Assembly (NCBI RefSeq): GCF_009914755.1
Contig: NC_060925.1
Length of the DNA stretch: 64,000 nt
Strand: one strand, 5' to 3'
DNA from: the human T2T-CHM13v2.0 reference genome, Homo sapiens
In this document: in pieces, positions 25,901-39,700 of the stretch
Layout: each line of letters begins with the position of its first letter
Position numbering within the stretch: the stretch's first letter is position 1
Translations under genes and position numbers: made by a program
The notes under the pieces: generated by a model
The model's database searches: none
Told to the model about the DNA's origin: nothing
Seen by the model: only the letters and a program-made list of their open reading frames with translations

Positions 25901-28900
25901 AGAATCTTCGAACGGACCCGAATGGAATCATCTAATGGAATGGAATGGAATAATCCATGGACTCGAATGCAATCATCATCGAATGGAATCGAATGGAATC
26001 ATCGAATGGACTCGAATGGAATAATCATTGAACGGAATCAAATGGAATCATCATCGGATGGAAATGAATGGAATCATCATCGAATGGAATCGAATAGAAT
26101 TATGGAATGAAATCCAGTGTGATCATCATCGAATGGACCCGAATGGAATCATCATCCAACGGAAGCTAATGGAATCAACATCGAATGAATCGAATGGAAA
26201 CACCATCGAATTGAAACGAATGGAATTATCATGAAATTGAAATGGATGGACTCATCATCGAATGGATTCGAATGGAATCATCGAATAAAATTGATTGAAA
26301 TCATCATCGAATGGAATCGAATGGTATCATTGAATGGAATCGAATGGAATCATCATCAGATGGAAATGAATGGAATCGTCATAGAATGGAATCGAATGGA
26401 TTCATTGAATGGAATCAGATGGAATCATCGAATGGACTGGAATGGAATCATTGAATGGACTCGAAAGGGATCATTATTGAATGGAATTGAATCGAATCAT
26501 CGAATGGTCTCGATTGGAATCATTATCAAATGGAATGGAATGGAATCACCGAATAGAATCGAATGGAACAATCATCGAATGGACTCAAATGGAATTATCC
26601 TCCAATGGAATCGAATGGAATTATCGAATGCAATCGAATGGAATTATCGAATGCAATCGAATAGAATCATCGAATGGACTCGAATGGAATCATCGAATGG
26701 AATGGAATGGAACAGTCAATGAACTCGAATGGAATCATCATTGAATGGAATCGAATGGAATCATCGAGTGGAATCGAATGGAATTATGATCAAATGGAAT
26801 CGAATGTAATCCTCATCAAATGGAATCAAAAATAACCATCATCAATTGGTATTGAATGGAATTGTCATCAAATGGAATTCAAAGGAATCATCATCAAATG
26901 GAACCGAATGGAATCCTCATTGAATGGAAATGAAAGGGGTCATCATCAAATGGAATCGAATGGAATCATCATCAAATGGAATCTAATGGAATCATTGAAC
27001 AGAATTGAATGGAATCGTCATCGAATGGATTGAATGCAATCATCGAATGGTCTCGAATGGAATCATCTTCTAATGGAAAGGAATGGAATCATCGCATAGA
27101 ATCGAACGGAATTATCATCGAATGGAATCGAATGGTATCAACACCAAACGGAAAAAAACGGAATTATCGAATGGAATCGAAGAGAATCTTCGAACGGACC
27201 CGAATGGAATCATCTAATGGAATGGAATGGAATAATCCATGGACTTGAATGCAATCATCATCGAATGGAATCGAATGGAATCATCGAATGGACTCGAATG
27301 GAATAATCATTGAACGGAATCGAATGGAATCATCATCGGATGGAAATGAATGGAATCATCATCGAATGGAATCGAATAGAATTATGGAATGAAATCCAGT
27401 GTGATCATCATCGAATGTACCCGAATGGAATCATCATCCAACGGAAGCTAATGGAATCAACATCGAATGAATCGAATGGAAACACCATCGAATTGAAACG
27501 AATGGAATTATCATGAAATTGAAATGGATGGACTCATCATGGAATGGGTTCGAATAGAATCATCGAATAAAATTGATTGAAATCATCATCCAATGGAATC
27601 GAATGGTATCATTGAATGGAATCGAATGGAATCATCATCAGATGGAAATGAATGGAATCGTCATAGAATGGAATCGAATGGATTCATTGAATGGAATCAG
27701 ATCGAATCATCAAATGGACTGGAATGTAAACATTGAATGGACTCGAAAGGGATCATTATTGAATGGAATTGAATGGAATCATCGAATGGTCTCGATTGGA
27801 ATCATTACCAAATGGAATCGAATGGAATCACCGAATAGAATCGAATGGAACAATCATCGAATGGACTCAAATGGAATTATCCTCCAATGGAATCGAATGG
27901 AATTATCGAATGCAATCGAATGGAATTATCGAATGCAATCGAATAGAATCATCGAATGGACTCGAATGGAATCATCGAATGGAATGGAATGGAACAGTCA
28001 ATGAACTCGAATGGAATCATCATTGAATGGAATCGAATGGAATCATCGAGTGGAATCGAATGGAATTATGATCAAATGGAATCGAATGTAATCATCATCA
28101 AATGGAATCAAAAATAACCATCATCAATTGGTATTGAATGGAATTGTCATCAAATGGAATTCAAAGGAATCATCATCAAATGGAACCGAATGGAATCCTC
28201 ATTGAATGGAAATGAAAGGGGTCATCATCTAATGGAATCGCATGGAATCATCATCAAATGGAATCGAATGGAATCATCATCAAATGGAATCTAATGGAAT
28301 CATTGAACAGAATTGAATGGAATCGTCATCGAATGAATTGAATGCAATCATCGAATGGTCTCGAATGGAATCATCTTCTAATGGAAAGGAATGGAATCAT
28401 CGCATAGAATCGAATGGAATTATCATCGAATGGAATCGAATGGTATCAACACCAAACGGAAAAAAACGGAATTATCGAATGGAATCGAAGAGAATCTTCG
28501 AACGGACCCGAATGGAATCATCTAATGGAATGGAATGGAATAATCCATGGACTCGAATGCAATCATCATCGAATGGAATGGAATGGAATCATCGAATGGA
28601 CTCGAATGGAATAATCATTGAACGGAATCGAATGGAATCATCATCGGATGGAAACGAATGGAATCATCATCGAATGGAAATGAAAGGAGTCATCATCTAA
28701 TGGAATTGCATGGAATCATCATCAAATGGAATCGAATGGAATCAACATCAAATGGAATCAAATGGAATCATTGAACGGAATTGAATGGAATCGTCATCGA
28801 ATGAATTGACTGCAATCATCGAATGGTCTCGAATGGAATCATCTTCAAATGGAATGGAATGGAATCATCGCATAGAATCGAATGGAATTATCATCGAATG

Positions 28901-31900
28901 GAATCGAATGGAATCAACATCAAACGGAAAAAAACGGAATTATCGAATGGAATCGAAGAGAATCATCGAATGGACCCGAATGGAATCATCTAATGGAATG
29001 GAATGGAATTATCCATGGACTCGAATGCAATCATCATCGAATGGAATCGAATGGAATCATCGAATGGACTCGAATGGAATAATCATTGAACGGAATCGAA
29101 TGGAATCATCATCGGATGGAAATGAATGGAATCATCATCGAATGGAATCGAATAGAATTATGGAATGAAATCCAGTGTGATCATCATCGAATGGACCCGA
29201 ATGGAATCATCATCCAACGGAAGCTAATGGAATCAACATCGAATGAATCGAATGGAAACACCATCGAATTGAAACGAATGGAATTATCATGAAATTGAAA
29301 TGGATGGACTCATCATCGAATGGATTCGAATGGAATCATCGAATAAAATTGATTGAAATCATCATCCAATGGAATCGAATGGTATCATTGAATGGAATCG
29401 AATGGAATCATCATCAGATGGAAATGAATGGAATCGTCATAGAATGGAATCGAGTGGATTCATTGAATGGAATCAGATGGAATCATCGAATGGACTGGAA
29501 TGGAATCATTGAATGGACTCGAAAGGGATCATTATTGAATGGAATTGAATGGAATCATCGAATGGTCTCGATTGGAATCATTATCAAATGGAATCGAATG
29601 GAATCACCGAATAGAATCGAATGGAACAATCATCGAATGGACTCAAATGGAATTATCCTCAAATGGAATCGAATGGAATTATCGAATGCAATCGAATGGA
29701 ATTATCGAATGCAATCGAATAGAATCATCGAAAGGACTCGAATGGAATCATCGAATGGAATGGAATGGAACAGTCAATGAACTCGAATGGAATCATCATT
29801 GAATGGAATCCAATGGAATCATCGAGTGGAATCGAATGGAATTATGATCAAATGGAATCTAATGTAATCATCATCAAATGGAATCAAAAATAACCATCAT
29901 CAATTGGTATTGAATGGAATTGTCATCAAATGGAATTCAAAGGAATCATCATCAAATGGAACCGAATGGAATCCTCATTGAATGGAAATGAAAGGGGTCA
30001 TCATCTAATGGAATCGCATGGAATCATCATCAAATGGAATCGAATGGAATCATCATCAAATGGAATCTAATGGAATCATTGAACAGAATTGAATGGAATC
30101 GTCATCGAATGAATTGAATGCAATCATCGAATGGTCTCGAATGGAATCATCTTCTAATGGAAAGGAATGGAATCATCGCATAGAATCGAATGGAATTATC
30201 ATCGAATGGAATCGAATGGTATCAACACCAAACGGAAAAAAACGGAATTATCGAATGGAATCGAAGAGAATCTTCGAACGGACCCGAATGGAATCATCTA
30301 ATGGAATGGAATGGAATAATCCATGGACTCGAATGCAATCATCATCGAATGGAATGGAATGGAATCATCGAATGGACTCGAATGGAATAATCATTGAACG
30401 GAATCGAATGGAATCATCATCGGATGGAAACGAATGGAATCATCATCGAATGGAAATGAAAGGAGTCATCATCTAATGGAATTGCATGGAATCATCATAA
30501 AATGGAATCGAATGGAATCAACATCAAATGGAATCAAATGGAATCATTGAACGGAATTGAATGGAATCGTCATCGAATGAATTGACTGCAATCATCGAAT
30601 GGTCTCGAATGGAATCATCTTCAAATGGAATGGAATGGAATCATCGCATAGAATCGAATGGAATTATCATCGAATGGAATCGAATGGAATCAACAGCAAA
30701 CGGAATAAAACGGAATTATCGAATGGAATCGAAGAGAATCATCGAATGGACCCGAATGGAATCATCTAATGGAATGGAATGGAATAATCCATGGACTCGA
30801 ATGCAATCATCATCGAATGGAATCGAATGGAATCATCGAATGGACTCGAATGGAATAATCATTGAACGGAATCGAATGGAATCATCATCGGATGGAAATG
30901 AATGGAATCATCATCGAATGGAATCGAATAGAATTATGGAATGAAATCCAGTGTGATCATCATCGAATGGACCCGAATGGAATCATCATCCAACGGAAGC
31001 TAATGGAATCAACATCGAATGAATCGAATGGAAACACCATCGAATTGAAACGAATGGAATTATCATGAAATTGAAATGGATGGACTCATCATCGAATGGA
31101 TTCGAATGGAATCATCGAATAAAATTGATTGAAATCATCATCCAATGGAATCGAATGGTATCATTGAATGGAATCGAATGGAATCATCATCAGATGGAAA
31201 TGAATGGAATCGTCATAGAATGGAATCGAATGGATTCATTGAATGGAATCAGATGGAATCATCGAATGGACTGGAATGGAATCATTGAATGGACTCGAAA
31301 GGGATCATGATTGAATGGAATTGAATGGAATCATCGAATGGTCTCGATTGGAATCATTATCAAATGGAATCGAATGGAATCACCGAATAGAATCGAATGG
31401 AACAATCATCGAATGGACTCAAATGGAATTATCCTCCAATGGAATCGAATGGAATTATCGAATGCAATCGAATGGAATTATCGAATGCAATCGAATAGAA
31501 TCATCGAATGGACTCGAATGGAATCATCGAATGGAATGGAATGGAACAGTCAATGAACTCGAATGGAATCATCATTGAATGGAATCGAATGGAATCATCG
31601 AGTGGAATCGAATGGAATTATGATCAAATGGAATCGAATGTAATCCTCATCAAATGGAATCAAAAATAACCATCATCAATTGGTATTGAATGGAATTGTC
31701 ATCAAATGCAATTCAAAGGAATCATCATCAAATGGAACCGAATGGAATCCTCATTGAATGGAAATGAAAGGGGTCATCATCTAATGGAATCGCATGGAAT
31801 CATCATCAAATGGAATCGAATGGAATCATCATCAAATGGAATCTAATGGAATCATTGAACAGAATTGAATGGAATCGTCATCGAATGAATTGAATGCAAT

Positions 31901-34900
31901 CATCGAATGGTCTCGAATGGAATCATCTTCTAATGGAAAGGAATGGAATCATCGCATAGAATCGAATGGAATTATCATCGAATGGAATCGAATGGTATCA
32001 ACACCAAACGGAAAAAAACGGAATTATCGAATGGAATCGAAGAGAATCTTCGAACGGACCCGAATGGAATCATCTAATGGAATGGAATGGAATAATCCAT
32101 GGACTCGAATGCAATCATCATCGAATGGAATGGAATGGAATCATCGAATGGACTCGAATGGAATAATCATTGAACGGAATCGAATGGAATCATCATCGGA
32201 TGGAAACGAATGGAATCATCATCGAATGGAAATGAAAGGAGTCATCATCTAATGGAATTGCATGGAATCATCATAAAATGGAATCGAATGGAATCAACAT
32301 CAAATGGAATCAAATGGAATCATTGAACGGAATTGAATGGAATCGTCATCGAATGAATTGACTGCAATCATCGAATGGTCTCGAATGGAATCATCTTCAA
32401 ATGGAATGGAATGGAATCATCGCATAGAATCGAATGGAATTATCATCGAATGGAATCGAATGGAATCAACATCAAACGGAAAAAAACGGAATTATCGAAT
32501 GGAATCGAAGAGAATCATCGAATGGACCCGAATGGAATCATCTAATGGAATGGAATGGAATAATCCATGGACTCGAATGCAATCATCATCGAATGGAATC
32601 GAATGGAATCATCGAATGGACTCGAATGGAATAATCATTGAACGGAATCAAATGGAATCATCATCGGATGGAAATGAATGGAATCATCATCGAATGGAAT
32701 CGAATAGAATTATGGAATGAAATCCAGTGTGATCATCATCGAATGGACCCGAATGGAATCATCATCCAACGGAAGCTAATGGAATCAACATCGAATGAAT
32801 CGAATGGAAACACCATCGAATTGAAACGAATGGAATTATCATGAAATTGAAATGGATGGACTCATCATCGAATGGATTCGAATGGAATCATCGAATAAAA
32901 TTGATTGAAATCATCATCGAATGGAATCGAATGGTATCATTGAATGGAATCGAATGGAATCATCATCAGATGGAAATGAATGGAATCGTCATAGAATGGA
33001 ATCGAATGGATTCATTGAATGGAATCAGATGGAATCATCGAATGGACTGGAATGGAATCATTGAATGGACTCGAAAGGGATCATTATTGAATGGAATTGA
33101 ATGGAATCATCGAATGGTCTCGATTGGAATCATTATCAAATGGAATCGAATGGAATCACCGAATAGAATCGAATGGAACAATCATCGAATGGACTCAAAT
33201 GGAATTATCCTCCAATGGAATCGAATGGAATTATCGAATGCAATCGAATGGAATTATCGAATGCAATCGAATAGAATCATCGAATGGACTCGAATGGAAT
33301 CATCGAATGGAATGGAATGGAACAGTCAATGAACTCGAATGGAATCATCATTGAATGGAATCGAATGGAATCATCGAGTGGAATCGAATGGAATTATGAT
33401 CAAATGGAATCGAATGTAATCCTCATCAAATGGAATCAAAAATAACCATCATCAATTGGTATTGAATGGAATTGTCATCAAATGGAATTCAAAGGAATCA
33501 TCATCAAATGGAACCGAATGGAATCCTCATTGAATGGAAATGAAAGGGGTCATCATCAAATGGAATCGAATGGAATCATCATCAAATGGAATCTAATGGA
33601 ATCATTGAACAGAATTGAATGGAATCGTCATCGAATGAATTGAATGCAATCATCGAATGGTCTCGAATGGAATCATCTTCTAATGGAAAGGAATGGAATC
33701 ATCGCATAGAATCGAACGGAATTATCATCGAATGGAATCGAATGGTATCAACACCAAACGGAAAAAAACGGAATTATCGAACGGAATCGAAGAGAATCTT
33801 CGAACGGACCCGAATGGAATCATCTAATGGAATGGAATGGAATAATCCATGGACTCGAATGCAATCATCATCGAATGGAATCGAATGGAATCATCGAATG
33901 GACTCGAATGGAATAATCATTGAACGGAATCGAATGGAATCATCATCGGATGGAAATGAATGGAATCATCATCGAATGGAATCGAATAGAATTATGGAAT
34001 GAAATCCAGTGTGATCATCATCGAATGGACCCGAATGGAATCATCATCCAACGGAAGCTAATGGAATCAACATCGAATGAATCGAATGGAAACACCATCG
34101 AATTGAAACGAATGGAATTATCATGAAATTGAAATGGATGGACTCATCATCGAATGGATTCGAATGGAATCATCGAATAAAATTGATTGAAATCATCATC
34201 CAATGGAATCGAATGGTATCATTGAATGGAATCGAATGGAATCATCATCAGATGGAAATGAATGGAATCGTCATAGAATGGAATCGAATGGATTCATTGA
34301 ATGGAATCAGATCGAATCATCAAATGGACTGGAATGGAAACATTGAATGGACTCGAAAGGGATCATTATTGAATGGAATTGAATGGAATCATCGAATGGT
34401 CTCGATTGGAATCATTACCAAATGGAATCGAATGGAATCACCGAATAGAATCGAATGGAACAATCATCGAATGGACTCAAATGGAATTATCCTCAAATGG
34501 AATCGAATGGAATTATCGAATGCAATCGAATGGAATTATCGAATGCAATCGAATAGAATCATCGAATGGACTCGAATGGAATCATCGAATGGAATGGAAT
34601 GGAACAGTCAATGAACTCGAATGGAATCATCATTGAATGGAATCGAATGGAATCATCGAGTGGAATCGAATGGAATTATGATCAAATGGAATCGAATGTA
34701 ATCATCATCAAATGGAATCAAAAATAACCATCATCAATTGGTATTGAATGGAATTGTCATCAAATGGAATTCAAAGGAATCATCATCAAATGGAACCGAA
34801 TGGAATCCTCATTGAATGGAAATGAAAGGGGTCATCATCTAATGGAATCGCATGGAATCATCATCAAATGGAATCGAATGGAATCATCATCAAATGGAAT
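22944..34900 (+). repeat. Tandem duplication of a 4-unit block (offset 6142, then 6610)
   Basis: Paired rare variants: CAACAGCAAACGGAATAAAA (A2 copies at 24419/30561), EcoRI-less GCAATTC (25567/31709), CGGAATCAAATGG (26028/32638 units) and CAGATCGAATCATCAAATG (27.70/34.31 kb). Confidence 0.82.
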
Positions 34901-34926
34901 CTAATGGAATCATTGAACAGAATTGA

Positions 34927-36702
34927 ATGGAATCGTCATCGAATGAACTGAATGCAATCATCGAATGGTCTCGAATGGAATCATCTTCTAATGGAAAGGA
35001 ATGGAATCATCGCATAGAATCGAATGGAATTATCATCGAATGGAATCGAATGGTATCAACACCAAACGGAAAAAAACGGAATTATCGAATAGATTCGAAG
35101 AGAATCTTCGAACGGACCCGAATGGAATCATCTAATGGAATGGAATGGAATAATCCATGGACTCGAATGCAATCATCATCGAATGGAATCAAATGGAATC
35201 ATCGAATGGACTCGAATGGAATAATCATTGAACGGAATCGAATGGAATCATCATCGGATGGAAATGAATGGAATCATCATCGAATGGAAATGAAAGGAGT
35301 CATCATCTAATGGAATTGCATGGAATCATCATAAAATGGAATCGAATGGAATCAACATCAAATGGAATCAAATGGAATCATTGAACGGAATTGAATGGAA
35401 TCGTCATCGAATGTATTGACTGCAATCATCGAATGGTCTCGAATGGAATCATCTTCAAATGGAATGGAATGGAATCATCGCATAGAATCGAATGGAATTA
35501 TCATCGAATGGAATCGAATGGAATCAACATCAAACGGAAAAAAACGGAATTATCGAATGGAATCGAAGAGAATCATCGAATGGACCCGAATGGAATCATC
35601 TAATGGAATGGAATGGAATAATCCATGGACTCGAATGCAATCATCATCGAATGGAATCGAATGGAATCATCGAATGGACTCGAATGGAATAATCATTGAA
35701 CGGAATCGAATGGAATCATCATCGGATGGAAATGAATGGAATCATCATCGAATGGAATCGAATAGAATTATGGAATGAAATCCAGTGTGATCATCATCGA
35801 ATGGACCCGAATGGAATCATCATCCAACGGAAGCTAATGGAATCAACATCGAATGAATCGAATGGAAACACCATCGAATTGAAACGAATGGAATTATCAT
35901 GAAATTGAAATGGATGGACTCATCATCGAATGGATTCGAATGGAATCATCGAATAAAATTGATTGAAATCATCATCCAATGGAATCGAATGGTATCATTG
36001 AATGGAATCGAATGGAATCATCATCAGATGGAAATGAATGGAATCGTCATAGAATGGAATCGAATGGATTCATTGAATGGAATCAGATGGAATCATCGAA
36101 TGGACTGGAATGGAATCATTGAATGGACTCGAAAGGGATCATGATTGAATGGAATTGAATGGAATCATCGAATGGTCTCGATTGGAATCATTATCAAATG
36201 GAATCGAATGGAATCACCGAATAGAATCGAATGGAACAATCATCGAATGGACTCAAATGGAATTATCCTCCAATGGAATCGAATGGAATTATCGAATGCA
36301 ATCGAATGGAATTATCGAATGCAATCGAATAGAATCATCGAATGGACTCGAATGGAATCATCGAATGGAATGGAATGGAACAGTCAATGAACTCGAATGG
36401 AATCATCATTGAATGGAATCGAATGGAATCATCGAGTGGAATCGAATGGAATTATGATCAAATGGAATCGAATGTAATCATCATCAAATGGAATCAAAAA
36501 TAACCATCATCAATTGGTATTGAATGGAATTGTCATCAAATGGAATTCAAAGGAATCATCATCAAATGGAACCGAATGGAATCCTCATTGAATGGAAATG
36601 AAAGGGGTCATCATCTAATGGAATCGCATGGAATCATCATCAAATGGAATCGAATGGAATCATCATCAAATGGAATCTAATGGAATCATTGAACAGAATT
36701 GA
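34927..36702 (+). repeat. Representative 1776-bp repeat unit (1.77-kb chr1q12-type HSat2, D1Z1/HSat2A2-like)
   Basis: Seen: marker ORF ends at 34126, 35902, 37678, 39454, 41230, 43006, 44782, 46558, 48334 and 50110 are exactly 1776 bp apart, with one GAATTC per unit (in AAATGGAATTCAAAGG). Established: the 1.77-kb EcoRI satellite fragment maps to 1q12. The chromosome and subfamily assignment is inferred from unit length. Confidence 0.88.
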
Positions 36703-39700
36703 ATGGAATCGTCATCGAATGAATTGAATGCAATCATCGAATGGTCTCGAATGGAATCATCTTCTAATGGAAAGGAATGGAATCATCGCATAGAATCGAA
36801 TGGAATTATCATCGAATGGAATCGAATGGTATCAACACCAAACGGAAAAAAACGGAATTATCGAATGGAATCGAAGAGAATCTTCGAACGGACCCGAATG
36901 GAATCATCTAATGGAATGGAATGGAATAATCCATGGACTCGAATGCAATCATCATCGAATGGAATCGAATGGAATCATCGAATGGACTCGAATGGAATAA
37001 TCATTGAACGGAATCGATTGGAATCATCATCGGATGGAAACGAATGGAATCATCATCTAATGGAAATGAAAGGAGTCATCATCTAATGGAATTGCATGGA
37101 ATCATCATAAAATGGAATCGAATGGAATCAACATCAAATGGAATCAAATGTAATCATTGAACGGAATTGAATGGAATCGTCATCGAATGAATTGACTGCA
37201 ATCATCCAATGGTCTCGAATGGAATCATCTTCAAATGGAATGGAATGGAATCATCGCATAGAATCGAATGGAATTATCATCGAATGGAATCGAATGGAAT
37301 CAACATCCAACGGAAAAAAACGGAATTATCGAATGGAATCGAAGAGAATCATCGAATGGACCCGAATGGAATCATCTAATGGAATGGAATGGAATAATCC
37401 ATGGACTCGAATGCAATCATCATCGAATGGAATCGAATGGAATCATCGAATGGACTCGAATGGAATAATCATTGAACGGAATCGAATGGAATCATCATCG
37501 GATGGAAATGAATGGAATCATCATCGAATGGAATCGAATAGAATTATGGAATGAAATCCAGTGTGATCATCATCGAATGGACCCGAATGGAATCATCATC
37601 CAACGGAAGCTAATGGAATCAACATCGAATGAATCAAATGGAAACACCATCGAATTGAAACGAATGGAATTATCATGAAATTGAAATGGATGGACTCATC
37701 ATCGAATGGATTCGAATGGAATCATCGAATAAAATTGATTGAAATCATCATCGAATGGAATCGAATGGTATCATTGAATGGAATCGAATGGAATCATCAT
37801 CAGATGGAAATGAATGGAATCGTCATAGAATGGAATCGAATGGATTCATTGAATGGAATCAGATGGAATCATCGGATGGACTGGAATGGAATCATTGAAT
37901 GGACTCGAAAGGGATCATGATTGAATGGAATTGAATGGAATCATCGAATGGTCTCGATTGGAATCATTACCAAATGGAATCGAATGGAATCACCGAATAG
38001 AATCGAATGGAACAATCATCGAATGGACTCAAATGGAATTATCCTCCAATGGAATCGAATGGAATTATCGAATGCAATCGAATGGAATTATCGAATGCAA
38101 TCGAATAGAATCATCGAATGGACTCGAGTGGAATCATCGAATGGAATGGAATGGAACAGTCAATGAACTCGAATGGAATCATCATTGAATGGAATCGAAT
38201 GGAATCATCGAGTGGAATCGAATGGAATTATGATCAAATGGAATCGAATGTAATCATCATCAAATGGAATCAAAAATAACCATCATCAATTGGTATTGAA
38301 TGGAATTGTCATCAAATGGAATTCAAAGGAATCATCATCAAATGGAACCGAATGGAATCCTCATTGAATGGAAATGAAAGGGGTCATCATCTAATGGAAT
38401 CGCATGGAATCATCATCAAATGGAATCGAATGGAATCATCATCAAATGGAATCTAATGGAATCATTGAACAGAATTGAATGGAATCGTCATCGAATGAAC
38501 TGAATGCAATCATCGAATGGTCTCGAATGGAATCATCTTCTAATGGAAAGGAATGGAATCATCGCATAGAATCGAAAGGAATTATCATCGAATGGAATCG
38601 AATGGTATCAACACCAAACGGAAAAAAACGGAATTATCGAATAGATTCGAAGAGAATCTTCGAACGGACCCGAATGGAATCATCTAATGGAATGGAATGG
38701 AATAATCCATGGACTCGAATGCAATCATCATCGAATGGAATCAAATGGAATCATCGAATGGACTCGAATGGAATAATCATTGAACGGAATCGAATGGAAT
38801 CATCATCGGATGGAAATGAATGGAATCATCATCGAATGGAAATGAAAGGAGTCATCATCTAATGGAATTGCATGGAATCATCATAAAATGGAATCGAATG
38901 GAATCAACATCAAATGGAATCAAATGGAATCATTGAACGGAATTGAATGGAATCGTCATCGAATGTATTGACTGCAATCATCGAATGGTCTCGAATGGAA
39001 TCATCTTCAAATGGAATGGAATGGAATCATCGCATAGAATCGAATGGAATTATCATCGAATGGAATCGAATGGAATCAACATCAAACGGAAAAAAACGGA
39101 ATTATCGAATGGAATCGAAGAGAATCATCGAATGGACCCGAATGGAATCATCTAATGGAATGGAATGGAATAATCCATGGACTCGAATGCAATCATCATC
39201 GAATGGAATCGAATGGAATCATCGAATGGACTCGAATGGAATAATCATTGAACGGAATCGAATGGAATCATCATCGGATGGAAATGAATGGAATCATCAT
39301 CGAATGGAATCGAATAGAATTATGGAATGAAATCCAGTGTGATCATCATCGAATGGACCCGAATGGAATCATCATCCAACGGAAGCTAATGGAATCAACA
39401 TCGAATGAATCGAATGGAAACACCATCGAATTGAAACGAATGGAATTATCATGAAATTGAAATGGATGGACTCATCATCGAATGGATTCGAATGGAATCA
39501 TCGAATAAAATTGATTGAAATCATCATCCAATGGAATCGAATGGTATCATTGAATGGAATCGAATGGAATCATCATCAGATGGAAATGAATGGAATCGTC
39601 ATAGAATGGAATCGAATGGATTCATTGAATGGAATCAGATGGAATCATCGAATGGACTGGAATGGAATCATTGAATGGACTCGAAAGGGATCATGATTGA

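Noticed and set aside
22944-34900. 6142-bp offset as the ~6.1-kb chromosome 16 HSat2B unit
   Set aside because: It decomposes exactly as 1776+1308+1282+1776 and occurs once, so the length similarity is coincidental.
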